Both the position numbers and the translations under genes were made by a program. The notes below the pieces were generated by a model. It was not told the DNA's origin, made no database searches, and saw only the letters and a program-made list of their open reading frames with translations. DNA of 64,000 bases, taken from assembly GCF_006345805.1 (NCBI RefSeq), contig NC_043001.1:43772001-43836000 (forward strand), written 5' to 3'. Within the stretch, counting starts at the first letter, position 1; every line of letters begins with the position of its first letter. Positions 40,231 through 54,389 of this stretch are shown in pieces. This DNA comes from Octopus sinensis (Eukaryota).

Positions 40231-40328
40231 TCCTTGACTACACCGTCACTACACAAAGAAAACTGAAGACAGAGAAAAAGGTTGTACTTGTAAACTATCT
40301 ACATTTCCCTCTAAGCTGCTGATTCAAG
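40215..40328 (+). other. PPM1K: Probable non-coding first exon (5' UTR) of PPM1K; start approximate
   Basis: Locally CpG-retaining unique sequence ending in a donor-like CAAG|GTAAT at 40328/40329. The ATG exon has an acceptor 33 nt upstream of the ATG, so an upstream exon is required. Confidence 0.5.
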
Positions 40329-42767
40329 GTAATAATTTATTGTAAATTGTTTTTCATCAGTATTTAACATTTTATTGCTTATTCTCAAACGTTGTAATTG
40401 ATACGATTTTAAAATCGTAGTGGATCGTTTCATTTCAATCAGTTCTTTCGTGTTTGTATGAAATTATTCTAATTATATATTTAGTACAAGTGGTGTCGAA
40501 TTTTTCTCAACAGCAGTTAATGTGTTATCGAAGAGATAAATCTTGTTAAATTCTTATATACTAACAGATGATATTTGTTATTTGGACATTCATTACTGTT
40601 ATGATAATGTTCATAAAATCGTTATAAACAACATAAATATTCATAATAATTATTACACACATACACACACGCGCACGCACATAAAAAATAATCGTTGGTT
40701 GCAATCGATTTTTATTAATTTATATATATATTTGTAAATTCCCCGCCTTTAATGCGTTAAGTTCTTCATTCAGCTTGGAGTTAATGTTATAAATAACACC
40801 CCCTCTATCCATCTATCTTTCTTTCCATCCATCTATATATCTATCTATCTATCTATCTACCTATCCATATATGCAGGAAATGTGGCCATGATCTTCAAGC
40901 ATTAAAAAAACTTAAGGTGTCTGTAAAATTACTCAAAAATTATGCAACGTATTCCCCATTATAACTTAGAAGTAAAAATAACATTTATATTAAGGAGAAT
41001 GTAGACAAGATGATGTAATAGAAAGGTATACGTGCATGGAAGTTGGTAGTCTGTTTGCTGTTAGAGGAAGGTATGTGTGTATGGAAGTTGGTAAACTGTA
41101 TGTACGTATAGTATTAAGAAATAAATTCTGCTGGAAAATGTGAAACACTTGTCACGTGGATACTTGAGAAGACAGACATGGAAGCAAATCTACGCATTAC
41201 GTTTATCAGAAATATCCGTGTTGAAGTATAGATGGAATATTTACAGTTTGACAGTTTGATGGAGAATACGAAGAAGAATAATGAGAAAAAGAGCAGTGAC
41301 AAAGAAAGAAAGAAAAAAATAATGGTTAGAAAGGGATGGAAAGAAGCTGAATTGAGAGAGGGAGAGAGAGAGAGGTGAAACAGGAGGTGTGTGAGCTTTC
41401 AGCCAATAATAATAATGATAAGTACCTTAGCAATTTCACGTAAGTTCGAATGTAGTTTAGTTTGCAAATAAGAACAGTTGTGTGTGATTGATGTGTGGAA
41501 ACAGAAGATTTGACATTCTTTCGAATTGGAGATAATTCATTTTAAAATATATCTTCTTACTATTTTAACATAATTGCAAACGTTCGTATGCGAATTGCAG
41601 GTTACTCTGAAATTTTGTTGCAAATTTTGCTGTTTAAATGCATGAGTTGTTTGGTTATAAAGTCCAATTATTTATCTGTTAGATTTCCCCGTCCGGTTTT
41701 AGACGTGGCTAATTTTTGAAGAATGCTGGTAATCTTTGTTAACTGGTTTAAATTATCGTGTTTACGAAAATCTTGGACTTTTCGATTTCTCCTTCCAAAA
41801 ATAAGAAATAAAAAAAGAAAAAGACTAACAATTTTACATACAGAATAGTGATATTCACAATTGTTCCAATAATTTGAATTAAACTATATAACTGTTTTGA
41901 AATTAAGTTGGAATTCTTTATTTTAGTAAGCATTTCTAGACTTTCAAATCAAAAGATATTGATTTTTGATATGATCTATAAAATCAACAAGAATTATTGC
42001 AGCAGTGATGGACAGCAGAAACACTAGAGTGTCAGACTAAATGTATTCCAGTATTCAGTTTCATCTTTTAAAAAAAGAAAAAGGAAAAAGAATCTCAGTT
42101 CAAATTTTCTGGGATTGAGTATCAGTAATATGCTGAAGTTGGTTCAGTCTATTATGTCCTCCTTTTACTAATCAGCATCTTTAAGATAAAAATAAATGAA
42201 GACAAAGAGATGATACACTATCTATTGTTTATTATTCAATTAGTAGATGGCAGCAAGCTGGCATATTTTTTAGAGCACGAGAAAAAAATACTTAGCGGCA
42301 TTTCTTCTGGTTCCTTACATTCTATCTTCAAATACTGCTGAAATCAACTTTACCTTTCATCCTTTTGGGATCGATAAAATAAGTTCCAGTTGAACATAGA
42401 GTCAATGTAATTAACCAACCCATTTGCTGGCTTTGTGCCAAAATGCAAAACCATTGTTCAGCAAGTAGAATCACATTCTTTCACAGTGGAAATTACCCAA
42501 GTTTATAGTTTTAGATTTAATATACAAGAAAAGGTGTGCATGCAACATAATCTAACCTTGGAGCATGCCCAAGTTTATAGAGTTTTAGTTTGAAAGAACT
42601 CCATCAGTGCATGCTGCAACGGGATTTGATATAACTGGAAGCTTTCAACTCAGGAGATGGGTAACAGTTAAAGCTATAGGCAGTTAATTTAGCCCTGAGA
42701 TTTTCATGCTAAACACAAATGCTTTACTGATTTCAAGTGCTGGTATTGCTTTTGCTAAGTTTCTTAA

Positions 42768-42971
42768 CCCTTTCGTTACCAACTGGCTCTGTAGTACAAA
42801 TGTCTTGTTTTCATAAGTTTTGCATCAAAATATACCACCAAACCTTAGTCGCAATTTATATTCCTAACACTAGCTTAATGATAACTAGGTTATTTTACTA
42901 AATTCTTTGTTATATTTTAAATAATTGAAAGAAACACAGAGCATCTTAAAATAAATACAGTAACGAAAGGG
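42768..42971. mobile_element. piggyBac-like MITE
   Basis: TTAA TSD on both sides and TIR ccctttcgttac. Confidence 0.85.
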
Positions 42972-42975
42972 TTAA

Positions 42976-43800
42976 GAGTTAGGGACATATAAATGTGAGT
43001 TCCATGTAGATCTGGATTTATGGAAGCCATATTGGTACTCATTGAAGAAGAAATGAAACTTATGGTATTGAAGGTGTTTGTGATTGTCTCTATCACTTTT
43101 GAGATGTTGGAAGTGAGACTGACATATTTGATAGTTGGTAGGGTCAGAGAGGTTACCCATTTTAGAGATGGCTTACTTTTTACTTGTGACGGCGTTCACC
43201 CAGGGCGGGTTGAGCTGGCTTCTTCTCTCATAGAAGAGGTTTCGTGGGAATATTGAATTCACAAGTGGTCCTGGACATCCTGCATGCACGTCCCGAGTGA
43301 CGGGATGCCCTGTTTGCCGTGGAGTCTCCACAGATGCAGGGACAGAACGACCGCGAAGCTGCCGATCAGACGCCTCTTGGAATTTTCACCAGAGCCCCAT
43401 TGGCCAGGCTGCGACCCTAATACCACTCAGTGCCAGACCAATCCGCCTTGGGTGGCCCTACCAGGAACCGAAGTTCCCAACGGCATAGCTCTGACACTGC
43501 CCGTTTACACCATCCCTAACGCTTTGAGGAGGGGTTGGACTTTAGGGTAGATTTTAGAGATGATTTAAACTGTGGTATGTTTCTAATGACTAGATTAGAG
43601 ACTAGCCCTGAGGAATATTGAGGGGCTTTACCCATGAACATGAGGGCTGCAGACCACCCCCAGATTGAAGAAGTTGATGTCTATGGAGAAAATATGTGGG
43701 CAGAAGAAGAATGTCAAAGAGCTCTGGTTTTGAGAAGAAAGATTGGGGAAACTGTTAGTTTCAAGGTTTGAGATTTGATGAAAACTCTGTATTAATTAGG
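42976..43800 (-). mobile_element. CR1/Jockey-like LINE fragments with an intervening GC-rich segment
   Basis: GNLSDPTNY..EYQYGFHKSRST at 42976-43170. The upstream boundary is uncertain. Confidence 0.55.
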
Positions 43801-44463
43801 TGATGTTGGGCAGGAATGAGATGTAACTTTCTTGCCAAGAGGAGTAAAAAATAAATTGTTGTAGTAGTAGAGGAAACATGGAAAAGGAACAACATGATTG
43901 TTGTATAACTTCAGGCTCAAGCTGATTTAGAAGTTCCTTTCATCAGAGACATATTTGTCACAATTGTTATGTCTTTGTTTCAAACATAGTTTATCTAATT
44001 TTAGACTACATTATCTAATGGGTCCTTTTTTTTAAAGATGGTAAGGTATGATTTGAGGGCTATTTGGCTGCTATTTCTTACAGTTTGAGTGCCAGTATTG
44101 AAGCTCTCTCATTTACTAAAAATTGCATAATTGTCTGCTAGGGGTTGTAGTGTGTTGGTGAACAAATCCCTATTATTCAGTCAGATAATTTTTGTTTTTG
44201 TTTTGGTGGAGTTAGTGGTGGCAGTGCTGTACAAACTACTTGTATATGGTGCAGTAGTATTGCCTCAGATATATGAATAGTACTCCAATTTAACCGCATT
44301 TGAGCTTGATTCAACACAAAAAGAGACCGTTACTTTCTCAAAAAATCTTTGGAAAAGGGTTTTCTTTTTATATATTAAGAGAGCCTTCAGTTGTACATTA
44401 ATAAAATGCTTCTTTTTCCCTCTATTTCAGAAGAAATTATTACTGCTATTTGAAACTTCTTGG

Positions 44464-44995
44464 ATGCTTATCTCAAGACAACCTGCTCAACTAGCCTCTT
44501 TGATCAAGGCTCAATGGCTTTTAATTTCTCAGAAGCCAACTGTAACTCAATTAAAACAGAAATTCTACCACACTTCTTCAAAAAACTATAGGTTTCTATC
44601 TGATCCTGAGAACAAAGGTAGTCGACAAGCTGGAATTAACTTTGACACCCTTGGCTGTTGGAATAGTCGTCTTGAGTTACCAATTCACTATGAAGAAAGT
44701 ATTGAACGAGGCAAGATTATTCCCAAAATTCCATTGACAGAAATTGGAAGTGCTACACTGTTAGGACGGCGTAAAGTTAATGAAGATCGCTATGCTGTTG
44801 AAGAACTTTCTCCCAATCTTCTCTATTTTGGAATGTTTGACGGACATGCGGGTACAGAAGCTGTTGATTTTGTCAATCAAAAGATGAAGAAGAGCATTTT
44901 GTTTTGGTTGAACCAAACTGATGATCTGGAAGAAGTTATTAAGCAATCATTTATAGATGTCAACAACCAACTTGCCCGTTATTTACTTTTCTCAC
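44464..44995 (+). CDS. PPM1K: Protein phosphatase 1K (mitochondrial PP2C / PP2Cm), coding exon 1
   Basis: Acceptor tctttttccctctatttcag at 44430, ATG at 44464. Basic N-terminus consistent with a transit peptide, then WNSRLELPI..IPKIPL..GRRKVNEDR..YFGMFDGHAG (PP2C motifs). Donor CAC|GTATGT at 44995/44996, phase 1. Confidence 0.95.
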
Positions 44996-46471
44996 GTATG
45001 TTTTGCTCACTTTCTTTTTTAATTAATTGGGAATAATTCTTCTTTGGAATGCAATTATTATAGTTTTTTTTTGTGGGGTGATGAGAGTCAGTATTTCACT
45101 GTCTTTACATTTTGTGTGGTCTTTACAATGAAATAACTTAATGCTGTTATTCATTGTTATTAGAGGAATATTTAGATATTTGCTCATGTTGGCCAAAAAT
45201 GTTTTTTTTTTTTATTGAAGAGTAGATCAAATGGTATCTGAAAAATATATTGTTTTATGGGTCATGAGCTCTTGTATATATTGGAGGTGAGTACAGGTAT
45301 ATGGGCTGTGCTTCCTAACAACCTGGTTTTGTGACACCTTAAGAAAGTGTCTTCTACTCTTATCATGGGTTCACCAAAGCATTGTGAGCGAATTTGGTTG
45401 ACCAAAACTGAAAGAAGCCCATCATATGTGTGTGTATGTATCTCCTTGTCCTGACATGATGCAGTAGTTGTAAATGAGAATATTTCATTACCAATCTTCT
45501 GTGGAAATATACATGTGAAGCTATTAAAGAATATTACCTTGCTTGGAAACAGGTGAAGGCTGGAAACAGGAAGGACATCAGGCTGTAGGGAACCTATGTT
45601 AATGATTTTTGTTTGATCCATGTAAACATAGAAAAGTGGATGTCAAAATGATGATGGTGGTCATGATTAGTTTAACAGTTAAAGACTGTATATCAGATTA
45701 GTGGGTCAACATATATTTGGTGTCTCATTCTTTCAAAGCTTAGTATAACACCGAATTAAATAAAGCTATGAAAGCATGAAATTAAGTTTAGCTTGGGACA
45801 TATAGTGACAACTGCATTGTTAGACTGTCCAGGCAAGCTTAGATATTGTTTTTCAAAGAGATGTAATTGGTATGGATATATTATTAAAAAATGAGTAAAA
45901 GATGTAGGCTATCAAATCATCATCAACATCATCATCATTTAACATCCACTTTTCCTTGCTTGCATGGGTCAGATGAAATATGTTGAGGTAAATTTTATAC
46001 AGCCAGATACTCTTCCTGTCACCAACCTTTGCTTGTTTCCAAGCATGATAATATTTCCCCATGCTCAGACATATTTTTCATGGAAGACTGGAAAGGAACA
46101 ACCTTGTCTATGCAATGATAATGCTCACTTACAACAGTAATGTGATGTCTAGACAAAGACACACACACACACACACACATACACGCACACACACACAGGA
46201 TTCTTTCAGTTTTTGTCTACCAATTCACTCACAAAGCTTTGTTTGCCCCTAGGCTATAGTAGAAGATACTTGCCAAAGATGCCATGCTGTGGGACTGAAC
46301 CCAAAACCATATGACAGCAAAACAAGCTTCATAACAACATAGCTATGCGAGTATGGATATATATATATCAGAATAGTATGGACAAAGAAAACTTGGACTA
46401 ACACGTTTGAGGCTGATGTGAAAGAGTTCAAATTAATAGTTAAAGTACAAAAGGTATCTCTTTCTCTTTCT

Positions 46472-46862
46472 CTCTTTGTACTTGTTTCAGTCATTTGACT
46501 GTGGCCATGCTGGAGCACCATCTTTAGTCGAGCAAATCGACCCCAGGACTTATTCTTTGTAAGCCTAGTACTTATTCTATCAGTTCTCTTTTGCCAAACC
46601 GCTAAGTTACGGGGACGTAGACACACCAGCATCAGTTGTCAAGCGATGTTGGGAGGACAAACAGACACACAAACACACACATATATATATACATATATAC
46701 GACGGGCTTCTTTCAGTTTCCGTCTACCAAATCCACTCACAAGGCTTTGGTCAGTCCGAGGCTATAGTAGAAGACACTTGCCCAAGGTGCCACGCAGTGG
46801 GACTGAACCTTGAACCATGTGGCTGGTAACCAAGCTACTTACCACACAGCCACTCCTACGCA
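46472..46862 (-). mobile_element. tRNA-derived SINE, full-length copy in a PPM1K intron
   Basis: Same family sequence. Confidence 0.85.
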
Positions 46863-47487
46863 TATATGATAAGATTAAGATATTTGTAATTTGCAAATGA
46901 TCTGTCTGATCTACAAAACAAATGAACAAATTTTTGAAGGTATATCTTTTATATTTTACTTGTTTCTGTCATTGAACTGTGCCCATACTGGGGCATTGTC
47001 GAGGGTGCATGGTTTGGTGGTTAGAGTGTTGCATTCTCAATTGCAAAGTCATGGTTTCAATTCCTGGACCAGGTAGTGCTTTGTGTTCTTGAGCAAAACA
47101 CTACATTTCGTGTTGCTCTGCAATCATTCCAGCACCTGATGTGTTGTGTGCTGTGCAACTGTTCAAGCAACACCGATTTGATGGAAAGAGTGAGCCGCCA
47201 ATGTGCAGCACATGCATTTAGTCACTATAAACAAATCATTTATGCAGGTGTCCAGCAAAAAATTGCACAACCTCTTTCTTGGACCATAAGACTACTATCT
47301 TTGTTCTGGGACATTACCTTGAAGAGTTTTAGTTGAAAAAATTAGCCTCAATAGTTATTTTTATGTCTGATACTTATTCTATCAGTCTCTTAGGCTGAAC
47401 TGCTAAGCTTTAGGGATGTAAACAAACCAACACTGGTTGTCAAGCAGTGTTGGAGAGAGACAAAGACACACACATATAAATATATAT

Positions 47488-47765
47488 ATCATCATCATTA
47501 TCATCGTTTAGCGTCCGCTTTCCATGCTGGCATGGGTTGGATGGTTCAACTGGGGTCTGGGAAGCCAGAAGGCTGCACCAGGCCCAGTCTGATCTGGCAA
47601 TGTTTCTATGGCTGGATGCCCTTCTTAACGCCAACCACTCCATGAGTGTAGTGGGTGCTTTTTACGTGCCACCGGCACAGGTGCCAGACGAGGCTGGCAA
47701 ACGGCCATGATCGGATGATGCTTTTTATGTGCCACCAGCACGGAGGCCAGACGAGGCTGGCAACA
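47488..47765 (-). mobile_element. RTE-type 3' end fragment; related copies at ~8808-9100, 37558-37885 and 62998-63245
   Basis: (CAT)n followed by cgtttagcgtccgctttccatgctggcatgggttgg. Confidence 0.7.
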
Positions 47766-48080
47766 GCCAATAAATATATATATATGTATATATATACACA
47801 CACACACATAACAGGTTTCCACACTTTCCATCTACCAAATTCATTCATAAGGCATTGACCAGCTCCAGCTTCTAGTAGAAGACATTTGCCCAAGGTGCTG
47901 TACAGTAGGATTGAACCTGAAGCCATGTAGATGCAAAGTAAACATCTTAACCACACAGCCATGGTTGGTATAATTTTCATGATTACCATAAAATAGGTTA
48001 ATACTTAGGTGTCATTTGTAATTTCAGCCTTTGGTGTTTTTTATAATTATTGTTTATTTTAATGTTATGTATTCTTGTAG

Positions 48081-48394
48081 GTTCTTCCAATTTCCATTGT
48101 GGGACAACAGCTACTGTATGTTTACTGAAAAACAGTGTTGGATTGGTGATAGGACATGTTGGCGACAGTTGTGCTATTCTTTGCCGACAGGGAAAAGCAG
48201 TTCGTCTGACTCAAGACCATGATCCTGAAGTTGAGGAAGAAGCTTCTCGCATCAAAAAATGTGGCGGTTTCATTTCTTTGAACAGTTTAGGACGATCACA
48301 TGTCAATGGCCGTTTAGCCATGACAAGGAGTATTGGTGATTTGGATCTGAAACCATATGGAGTTACTGCTAAACCTGATATTCTTACAATGGAG
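48081..48394 (+). CDS. PPM1K: PPM1K coding exon 2
   Basis: Acceptor ttcttgtag|, phase 1 matches the previous exon. Encodes [50 protein letters not shown]. Donor GAG|GTATGT, phase 0. Confidence 0.96.
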
Positions 48395-50169
48395 GTATGT
48401 TATATAATTTTATGTTGGTGCAGTGTTAGAAATGGAATAGACTAACTTAATCTTGTGTGCGTTTTTTTAAGAAGCTAAATATGCTTGGCATAAAGTGAGA
48501 GTGAAGAATAATACATATGCATGTTAAAAATTGAAACGCTTTCTCTCCTTTATTTGTTTCAGTCATTAGATTGTGGCCATACTGGAGTACCACATGTGAG
48601 TTTTTAGTTAAACAAATTAGCTCCAGTACTTACTATAAGTCTGTAATTATTCTATCAGTCTCTCTTGGCCACACTGCTAAGTGGTAGTAACATTCTTCTA
48701 CTTATTGCTTTCATATATTTAGTTGAAATATTTAATTTCAATCAGCTCCAGTTTTTCATATTTTCTTTGTGATAATCAGAAATATTAAATTTCTAAATAT
48801 CTCATAGAGATATGTACGGTGGTGGGGCGATAGAATGGTTGTATACTGTCAATTTAACGTGACAGTAGGGGATTACACCACCGCTGTTTAGACCTAGGAA
48901 GCATCGACGCTTCCTGTCGGCTTCGACACATTTCCTGTGATAATGAATCTTCATTAAATGGCAGTTACTTTAGGAAGATCGGATTTCTTCTTCAGAGCTA
49001 GAAAGTATCTCAGTTACTGACTACTGTCTCGAAATAAAATACAAATTTATTGTGGGTTAGACTTCTACTTGCATCTGTTATAGAGCTAACCCATTGATAA
49101 TATATCTTAAAACCATATAATACAAATGCTCTTCTAAGCTTATTATTATAAACCTGCTTCAACTCAACTCATTTAATGCATTAATCTCTCCAGGAATTTA
49201 ATTATTCCAAATGAAATCATTCCTGGCCTAGCTAATTAAAATAAAATAAAATAATCATCATTTACTTGGTTGTAAACTACTGGTAATGTGTCTCAGCTGG
49301 GTTGGTGTAGCACAAATATGTTGGATAACATCCAATAATACACCACATAACTGAATGGTATAAAGTCACTCACAGATGCAGTCCAGTTTTTCGACCATGG
49401 ATGTGCTGTCTCCTCTCTCAATTTTTTTTATGGCTTCTGCTCCTCAGCATTAGGTGATCTTGTATCACCTCCACCCAGGTATCCTCTATTCATCCTCCAC
49501 TCCTCCCTTCACTCTTATAGTGTCCAACTTCCATTCCTCACTAGCCACTATCCATAACTCTTCCTTCCCAGAATGCCAATACACTGGAATTCTTTTCCTG
49601 TACATCTTTCGCAGTTGGAATATTAATGGCATCAGTCTCAATGATCCCAGAAGGCTTGCGAAGGTCATGGATACTTCCCCACCATTTCCAGAGTAAACTA
49701 ATGAAACAAGAAAGGCAGTTTTCAGTTCATTGAAGCCAATGAAATGGTTCTCTGCACAGTCTCACAACCTGCAAGAAATTGCAGTGAGATCTTCCTCAGA
49801 TCACATCTTACTGCCTTGAAGATAAAAGAGGACATATGTAAGAAGGATAACTGTGGTCCTTAAAACAAAAGATGGAATGATCACAGATCTGCTCAGTCAT
49901 GCCTGATGTGAAGTTAAATAAAAACAACAACAATTTTCACTTTTAGTCTTACATACCAACTCAAATGCTTGAATTTGGAGAACTTACATTCTTTGTTGTA
50001 GTTGTTCAAGAAAGTAATCAAGTGCATCAATCTCACTGGTCTTCGAGAACCTGTGAAAGCTATGTCCCTTTCTCTAGACAAAACCTTTTAAAAGTTAATG
50101 GAAAATGAATATCATCTTTTTGCAGATCCTTTTCTAATATTTATATATATATATATATATATATACATA

Positions 50170-50392
50170 CATACAAGGAGGTGCTGTAAAGTTCTTGACT
50201 TTAAGGGTGTTGCAAAAGGCCTGGTTGGAGGCCCAACCTTCTGAGTTCTTTTACAGTGCTTGGAAAAACTGAAGGACCACTGCAATAAGTTTGTGAATCT
50301 GAGAGGGGAATATATTGAGTAAAATTATAATTAACTGATTCTCCTGTATTTTCTTTTACCCAAAGCCAGGAACTTTTCAGCCTCCACCTTGT
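50170..50392. mobile_element. Mariner-like MITE
   Basis: TIR-like ends acaaggaggtgctgtaaagttcttgacttt and aaagccaggaacttttcagcctccaccttgt. Confidence 0.6.
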
Positions 50393-50401
50393 GTGTGTGT
50401 G

Positions 50402-50456
<55 letters not shown>

Positions 50457-50687
50457 TCAGTGTATCATATATCTGAAAAAAAAAAAACCACAGTCTAAAG
50501 CATTGAGCAGTAATGTATTTATATGCAGTTAAGTATATGTCCAGTCATAGAGTGACCAATGGTTTCATATCTATCAAGCGCTTAGCTTTATGGACGACTT
50601 GTCAGACTCTAATGGCAATGGGCATAAGAGGTATACATCCATTGACATTAGAGTCTGACAAGATGTCCATATATATATATAATGTGT

Positions 50688-51530
50688 ATAGGGTGTTCCA
50701 AAAGTCACTGATAGGTTTCAATTTCTAATAACTTCCTTAACTTTACATATAAATGCATGAAATCTTGATACAATATAAAGGACATGATGGAAATTAATAT
50801 TCACAAGTCAAATTTTGAAACACCACTACATCACCTATCAAAAATGACATCGCTTAAATGACAGCCATTTTTGGTTTCGTATGCCCATGCTCATTCCAAA
50901 ACTTGCACCATAACACCCTCAAGAGTTTCAGACCTCCACTTCGCTGATTTTTCTATTGATGTTCTCCTTCAGTTGCACCAGGGTCTCTGCTATGTTGACA
51001 TAAACCCTCTCTTTCAGGTATCCCCACAGCAAAAAATCTGTGAAAGCTAGTTGACATTGCTGTTGTGGAAAATTATTCTCTCTCCAAAGCACTGCTATAG
51101 CAACTGCATTGTTTCTCTTGTGGTATGAGCAGTTGCCCCATCTTGCTGAAACCATGTGTGAGGTCTACTTTGAATGGCTGGGCACAAAAAGGTCTCAATC
51201 ATGGATATCTGAAAGAGAGAGTTTATGTCAACAAACCAGTGACCCTGGTGTAACTGAAGGAGAACATCAATAGAGAAATCAGAGAAGAGGGGTCTGAAAC
51301 TCTTGAGAGTGTTATGGTGCAAGTTTTGGATGGGCATGCAAAGCCAGAAATGGCTGCCATTTAAGCGATGTCATTTTTCATAAGTAATGTAGTGGTTTTG
51401 CAAAATTTGACTTGTGCATATTAATTTCCATTATGTCCTTTATATTCTATCAAAATTTCATGCATTTATTTGTAAAGTTAAGGAAGTTATTAGAAATTGA
51501 AACCCATTAATGACTTTTGGAACACCCTAT
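50688..51530. mobile_element. Tc1/mariner-derived foldback element
   Basis: Inverted arms of ~330 bp starting tagggtgttccaaaagtca. Transposase remnants WFQQDGATAHT and DFLLWGYLKERVYVN. TA flanks. Confidence 0.85.
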
Positions 51531-54389
51531 ATATGTCATATTTAGCACTACTATTATGGGATCACATTTTAGTGCTTTAGTGTTTTTGTATTCAAATACA
51601 GATGAGGTTACTGATTTTTTTTTTATTTTGGGAGGGTCAATAAAGTAATGCTTATATGGTATAATTACTATAACAAAAGTAGTTGATTAAAAGTTAAATG
51701 CACTGGAAGAAAACTCTTGTGTTTAATTAAGAAGGATCTCCCCATTGATCAAACCATAAAGTTTTATCAAATTTAAGCAAATGAGGTCAAATAAGGTTAA
51801 GGCATGATTGTTAGTTTTTCCCTGTGCCCACAACAACAATCACATTTTCTCTAAAGCATGTTTTTGAGGATGCCTAGTTTTTTTCTTTTTTAAATCACAG
51901 GTTTTGATGTTTATTCTCCAGCTAAAATGAAAATTCCAATTAATAATTTGCCTGCATATGCCAATCAGTATATTTCTCCTTAATTTATTCATGCCATTGA
52001 CCTGTTTAAGTTATTTCCCTCAACTCATTTTTTAAAAATGAAGGTTATAGTTAACTGTTAGGTTTATTTTTAATTTCATTGGAATAATTTTAGCTATAAT
52101 AAATTTATTTCACATTAGTAAATTGAAAATATGTGACATGTTCAAAACAGGTGTTAATTATGGCTTCAAAATTTTGACTTAAGTAGTTTTTACAAGCTAT
52201 TTGTTTGACTTAAAACCTAAGGATATGATCAATGATTCTTTGAGGTATGAAGGTTCATAATATTTGGACCCTGTGGGCAGCAAGCTAGCAGAATTGCTAG
52301 CACACCAGGCAAAATGCTTTGCTGCATTTCATCTGTCCTTACATTCTGAGTTCAAATTCCACTGAGGCCGACTTTGCCTTTTGTCCTTTTGGTGTCAATA
52401 AAATAAGTACCAGTTGAACACTGGGGTTGATACAATCAACTTACCCCTCCCCTGAAATTGTTGACCTTGTACCAAACTTTGAAACCAATATTTGGACTCT
52501 GTAGCATCAAAGGAAATCATAGATTTTTCTCTCTCAGGAAAGGATGCCAGGGTCTGACATACATTTCTGGAAGCTGTCATACATATGCCTGGCAGTTGTA
52601 AGTTATAGAGTTTGGTGTAAATCTTGAGAGTTCAAGAACCCAATATTGATAAATCAACTATTGTTTTAATGTTATTTCTTCACATGCATTTTTTTAAAGT
52701 TCAGAATCTCACTGTTTGTAATTAAGTTACCATTTTAGCGAACTTTACTGCTCATTCATTTGAAAATTAATAAAATAGGTACTAGTATGTTACTAGTCTC
52801 AATACAATGGGATTGAATTGAAAGTAAAAGCTAACATGGGTTATAATTTTGAAGCCATAATAAATAAGGGCAGTTTTGGAAATGTCTAGAATGTTTATTT
52901 TGAATATTCTTTTTATTATAAGGCCACACATTTTTTTAGGAGGAGTGTAATTGATGTAATCAGTCTCATTGGTTCATACCTATCAGCCCCTGAAAGGATG
53001 GAAAGCAAAGACAACCCTGGAGGGATTTGATCTCAAGACTTAAGGTGACATAGCTAAATGCCACAAAGCATTGTGTGATGCCTCTCTACTATTTCTGCCA
53101 ATCCACCTCCTTATTGTTGTTATTCATAAGGATTTCTAACAGAGGCACAAGACCACACATTTTGGATGAAGGTATAGTTGATTAGACTGACTTCAATTGA
53201 CTTCACTGGTACTTTATTTTATCAACCTTGGAAGGACGAAAGCAAAGTTGACCCCTATGGGTGTGAATCCAAAATATAAAGACATGTAAATAAATACTGC
53301 AAGGTACTCTGCCCATTTGCCAACTCCCTACTTTCTTATTCACGGTAAAGATAAATCAATGTTAAATATGGTTCACTTACATCATTAACGACACTAATGA
53401 AAATAGCTTGAGGAAGTTTCTTGATCCTCTGATAATATAATTGATGTTTTTAAAAGTATCAGCACTTAGCCAATGCTCAAGCATGATTTTAGTTGTGCTG
53501 GCTAAAAGAGAAAACTAAATATCGTGTCAAAAACATCAAAGAATCCACTTTAGTATTAGATGGTAATCATAGACAACTATATTTCTGAATATTCAATGAC
53601 AAAGGTCCTTTCAATTCCTCAAAATATAGCAGCACCATACTATAAGGTGTTAGAATTGCAAAAGGGATAAATTGCAGGACTAAATGTCTTGCAGTATTTA
53701 ATCTTATTCATCAGCATTCATATTTCTAATTCTCTCAGAGTGCCAGAACTGACTTTGTTTTTCTTCCATCTGAAGTCAATAAAATATGTACCAGACTGAG
53801 GTTAATTCCATTGACTATACCCCTCTCTCCTACAAACAATGTCTTTATGCCAATTTAACAAATCACTGTGTGTAATTCTAATGATATCAATGACCAATTA
53901 TTTTATGCATCAGATCTAAATAATTAAAATTTCTCCAAGAGTTTTTTCATTGTGTATCTCTAGTTTCATGAAAGCATGTACTAGAAACTCCAAATCTACA
54001 TATACCAGTTATATAACAGGAAATCTATTTTGTGAGTATATTGAAAAAAGATTAAATGTAAATATATCAGTGGAAAATATAAGAAAGATAAAATGTGTCT
54101 TCATATAATTTTGAAAGAAAAGAATGTTGATCGATGGTTTTTTTTTTAAGATTACAGTTAAAACGGAATTCTATCTTTTATCTTTTACTGGTTTCAATCA
54201 TTAAGGAGCACCACCTTAAAAGGTTTAGTTAAACAAATCAAACCCAGTACTTATTTTTGAAAGTATATTCTATCAGCCTCTTTTGCTGAACTGCTAAGTT
54301 ATGGTGACATAAACAAGCCAATACTGGTTGTCAAGTAGTGTGAGGGAAAAACAAACTCAAAGACACTCACTCACACACACACACACATA

